A DNA stretch of 8,640 nt from positions 1 through 8,640 of the forward strand of contig NW_021828378.1 of the NCBI RefSeq assembly GCF_006345805.1. Direction: 5' to 3'. A program made the position numbers and the translations under genes. The DNA comes from Octopus sinensis (taxonomy: Eukaryota). Positions 6,707 through 8,640 of the stretch are shown here, in pieces. A model generated the notes under the pieces. The model did not search any database and was not told the origin of the DNA. It saw only the letters and a program-made list of their open reading frames with translations. The first letter of the stretch is position 1. The number at the start of each line of letters is the position of its first letter.

Positions 6707-7101
6707 ATCTTTTACTTGTTTCAGTAAATGGACTACGCCCAAGCTGGGGCACAGCTATTAAGGGCTTAGTCGAACAAATCGATCTCAGCACATGTTTTTT
6801 AAAGTCTCGTACTTATTCTATCAGTGTCTTTTGCTAGCCGCTATGTTACGGGACCGTAAATAAACCATCGCCGGTTGCCAAGTGGTGGGGTCGGGGTGGG
6901 GAGTAAATACAAAGGCAGAGATACACGCATATATACGACGGGCTTCCACATAGTTTTCGTCTCCCAGAATCAGTCACAAGGCATTGATCGGCTCGGGTCT
7001 GTAGCAGATGACACTTCTGCAAAATGCCGCGCAACGAGAGCGAACCTGAAGCGACGTTGTTACAAATCAATCTTCTTAATCACACAGCAATACATGCGCC
7101 T
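6707..7101 (-). mobile_element. Full-length but diverged tRNA-derived SINE (copy 2, about 395 bp)
   Basis: Minus strand starts aggcgcatgtattgctgtgtgattaagaag.. with a decayed A-box and a B-box-like GGTTCG (about 7042-7047). Its 3' half matches 6199-6430 and its 5' half matches 48-200. Confidence 0.8.
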
Positions 7102-7769
7102 ATACCACACAGCCACCTCTGCACCTATAATCGCGTGATTTGAAGACAGTTTGGCTGTTGCTTCTAGCTGGTCTAGTGATGCTGTACAAGCTCATTCGTT
7201 GGCTTATGTACATTAGATAAGAAATGCAGAATATGATGTAAAATAAAAGAAGCCAAGAAAAAAAACACAAACACAAACACAAACAACAAATAAAACAACC
7301 AATCAAAGAGCGTGCATTGCTATATTTCCTTGAGCTACGGCGAACTCTTCTTCAAACCAAAATACGCAATTTTCCAATCAATACTTTTAAAAGACGTTTC
7401 TACCAACCACCTACTACGTTTTTACTACCTCCAGAAATAATTCTGCTTAGAATAGCTCTCAACTCGCACCTGTTTCTGTTAATTCTCAAACCCCATTTCC
7501 TTTCTAAATCTTTAAGTGTTTTCCTTAGTCTTCCCATCACCCTCTCATCAAGTTTTTTTATTGTATATTTTCTGGGTATTTTTTATATATTCTTTGCAAT
7601 GTTTATTTTTCTTTTATCGATGGTCGACCAAAACCTTTGACAAAATATCTTTAAAATATGTTTCTACTATATACAATAAAAAAAATTAAATTTTGTTTGT
7701 CCTTCCTACTTTTCTGAGGTTATTATTTTTTTTTTGTGTTCTGCTAAATATATTTTTTACTCCTTTTGT

Positions 7770-8058
7770 CTGTGTGTATGAAGAAGAGTAAGTTCCGATG
7801 TATATATGTATACATATACATATACATACATGCGTACATATATATGTGTGTGTGTGTGAGTATAAACCTACGAGCATATGTGTGCACATGTTTGTGTCTA
7901 CTTAGAAAGATGTGTGTATATACATATAGACAAATATATACACAGATACATATACATGCATACATATATATACATGTGTGTGTATAAGTCGGTAGGTAAG
8001 TAGGTTCGTGTGTATGTATGTATTATACATATGCATATATATATATGTATGTATTATA

Positions 8059-8105
<47 letters not shown>

Positions 8106-8310
8106 GTATATATATATATAGATAGATATATATATACACAAATATACATACATATCCATACAAACGCATATATATGTACACACACATAAACACAAACATG
8201 CATTATACACACACACAGACACACACACACATACATACACCACACACACACATATATGTATTCATAGAAAACATACTTTATATAAATGCGTGTATACATG
8301 TGTATATATG
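7770..8310. repeat. Large compound (TA)/(TG)/(CA)/(TATG) microsatellite region with a pure (TA)n core near 8066-8095
   Basis: Read directly. It produces all the YIYI, CVCV and HTHT ORFs in this interval. Confidence 0.95.
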
Positions 8311-8366
8311 GATATATATTGTAGCGTTGAGCCACCTTGGTTTTTTTTTCCCCAGTTTTTCCCTAG

Positions 8367-8555
8367 GCGCACTATTTTCACTTGAAAGAAACCGACGTTC
8401 GATATGAAAATATTTCATATTCTCCAGAAGATTCCTTTGCAATGCTCCATTCTCAAAGACACGAATATTCTAAGAAAGGGAAAGAGAAAGCGAAGAGGAA
8501 TGTGTTTGATTGGAGGAAAGTATTTTCAAAATTACCACCATCTGAAATCAAATAA
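8367..8555 (+). CDS. Candidate terminal coding exon of unknown product (62 codons, no ATG start)
   Basis: Polypyrimidine tract and TAG acceptor (ttttttttttccccagtttttccctag, AG at 8365-8366), followed by a stop-free, non-repetitive frame AHYFHLKETDVRYENISYSPEDSFAMLHSQRHEYSKKGKEKAKRNVFDWRKVFSKLPPSEIK* (TAA at 8553-8555). A donor-like TGG|GTGAGG follows at 8568/8569. I recognise no homology. Confidence 0.22.
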   Translation, partial: AHYFHLKETDVRYENISYSPEDSFAMLHSQRHEYSKKGKEKAKRNVFDWRKVFSKLPPSEIK

Positions 8556-8640
8556 ACGAGGGCTCTGGGTGAGGAGATGGAGTCTAAATGAAAAGATGAA
8601 GAAATCAATGGATGAGAAAACTTGAAAAATGAATGCAATA

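Noticed and set aside
7135-7205. Possible further SINE 3' fragment (gatttgaagacagtttggctgttgcttctagctgg..)
   Set aside because: It rests only on a vague recollection of an Octopus repeat, with no second copy or diagnostic motif in the window.
7400-7580. Minus-strand frame containing KWGLRINRNRC, reminiscent of the RT GLxINxxK motif
   Set aside because: There is no YADD-like motif at the expected distance upstream, the frame is closed by stops, and no other RT motifs are nearby.
549-8335. Most ORFs in the six-frame track (YIYI, HTHT, CVCV, SLSL, and poly-I/N/L/S/E/M)
   Set aside because: They are translations of di- and trinucleotide microsatellites or of SINE bodies, with no domain-like sequence.
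1-8640. CRISPR array, prokaryotic operon or defence system
   Set aside because: There is no repeat-spacer periodicity and no gene-dense coding. The composition and repeats are those of an animal genome.

Overview
Eukaryotic, repeat-dense, apparently non-genic (intronic or intergenic) DNA. The very high load of AT, ATT, CA and CT microsatellites and the SINE sequences resemble repeats I recall from Octopus (coleoid cephalopod) genomes. That taxon call is unverified recollection, not a database result. Almost all ORFs in the track are translations of microsatellites. The one real protein signal is a decayed minus-strand fragment (2873-3511) of a non-LTR retrotransposon of the restriction-like-endonuclease type, most similar to R4/Dong/Rex6. 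It sits between two (AAT)n arrays, is fused at its 5' side to a 107-nt non-coding segment, lacks its endonuclease catalytic core, and lies head-to-tail behind a second, hairpin-rich retroelement 3' end. The window also holds one young full-length tRNA-derived SINE with a 9-bp target-site duplication (1671-2041) and several older SINE copies and fragments. One weak candidate exon lies at 8367-8555/8568. There is no prokaryotic system, CRISPR array, rRNA or genuine tRNA. I see no wholly new biological system. The best lead is a microsatellite-targeted R4-like retroelement cluster that may include a non-autonomous derivative.
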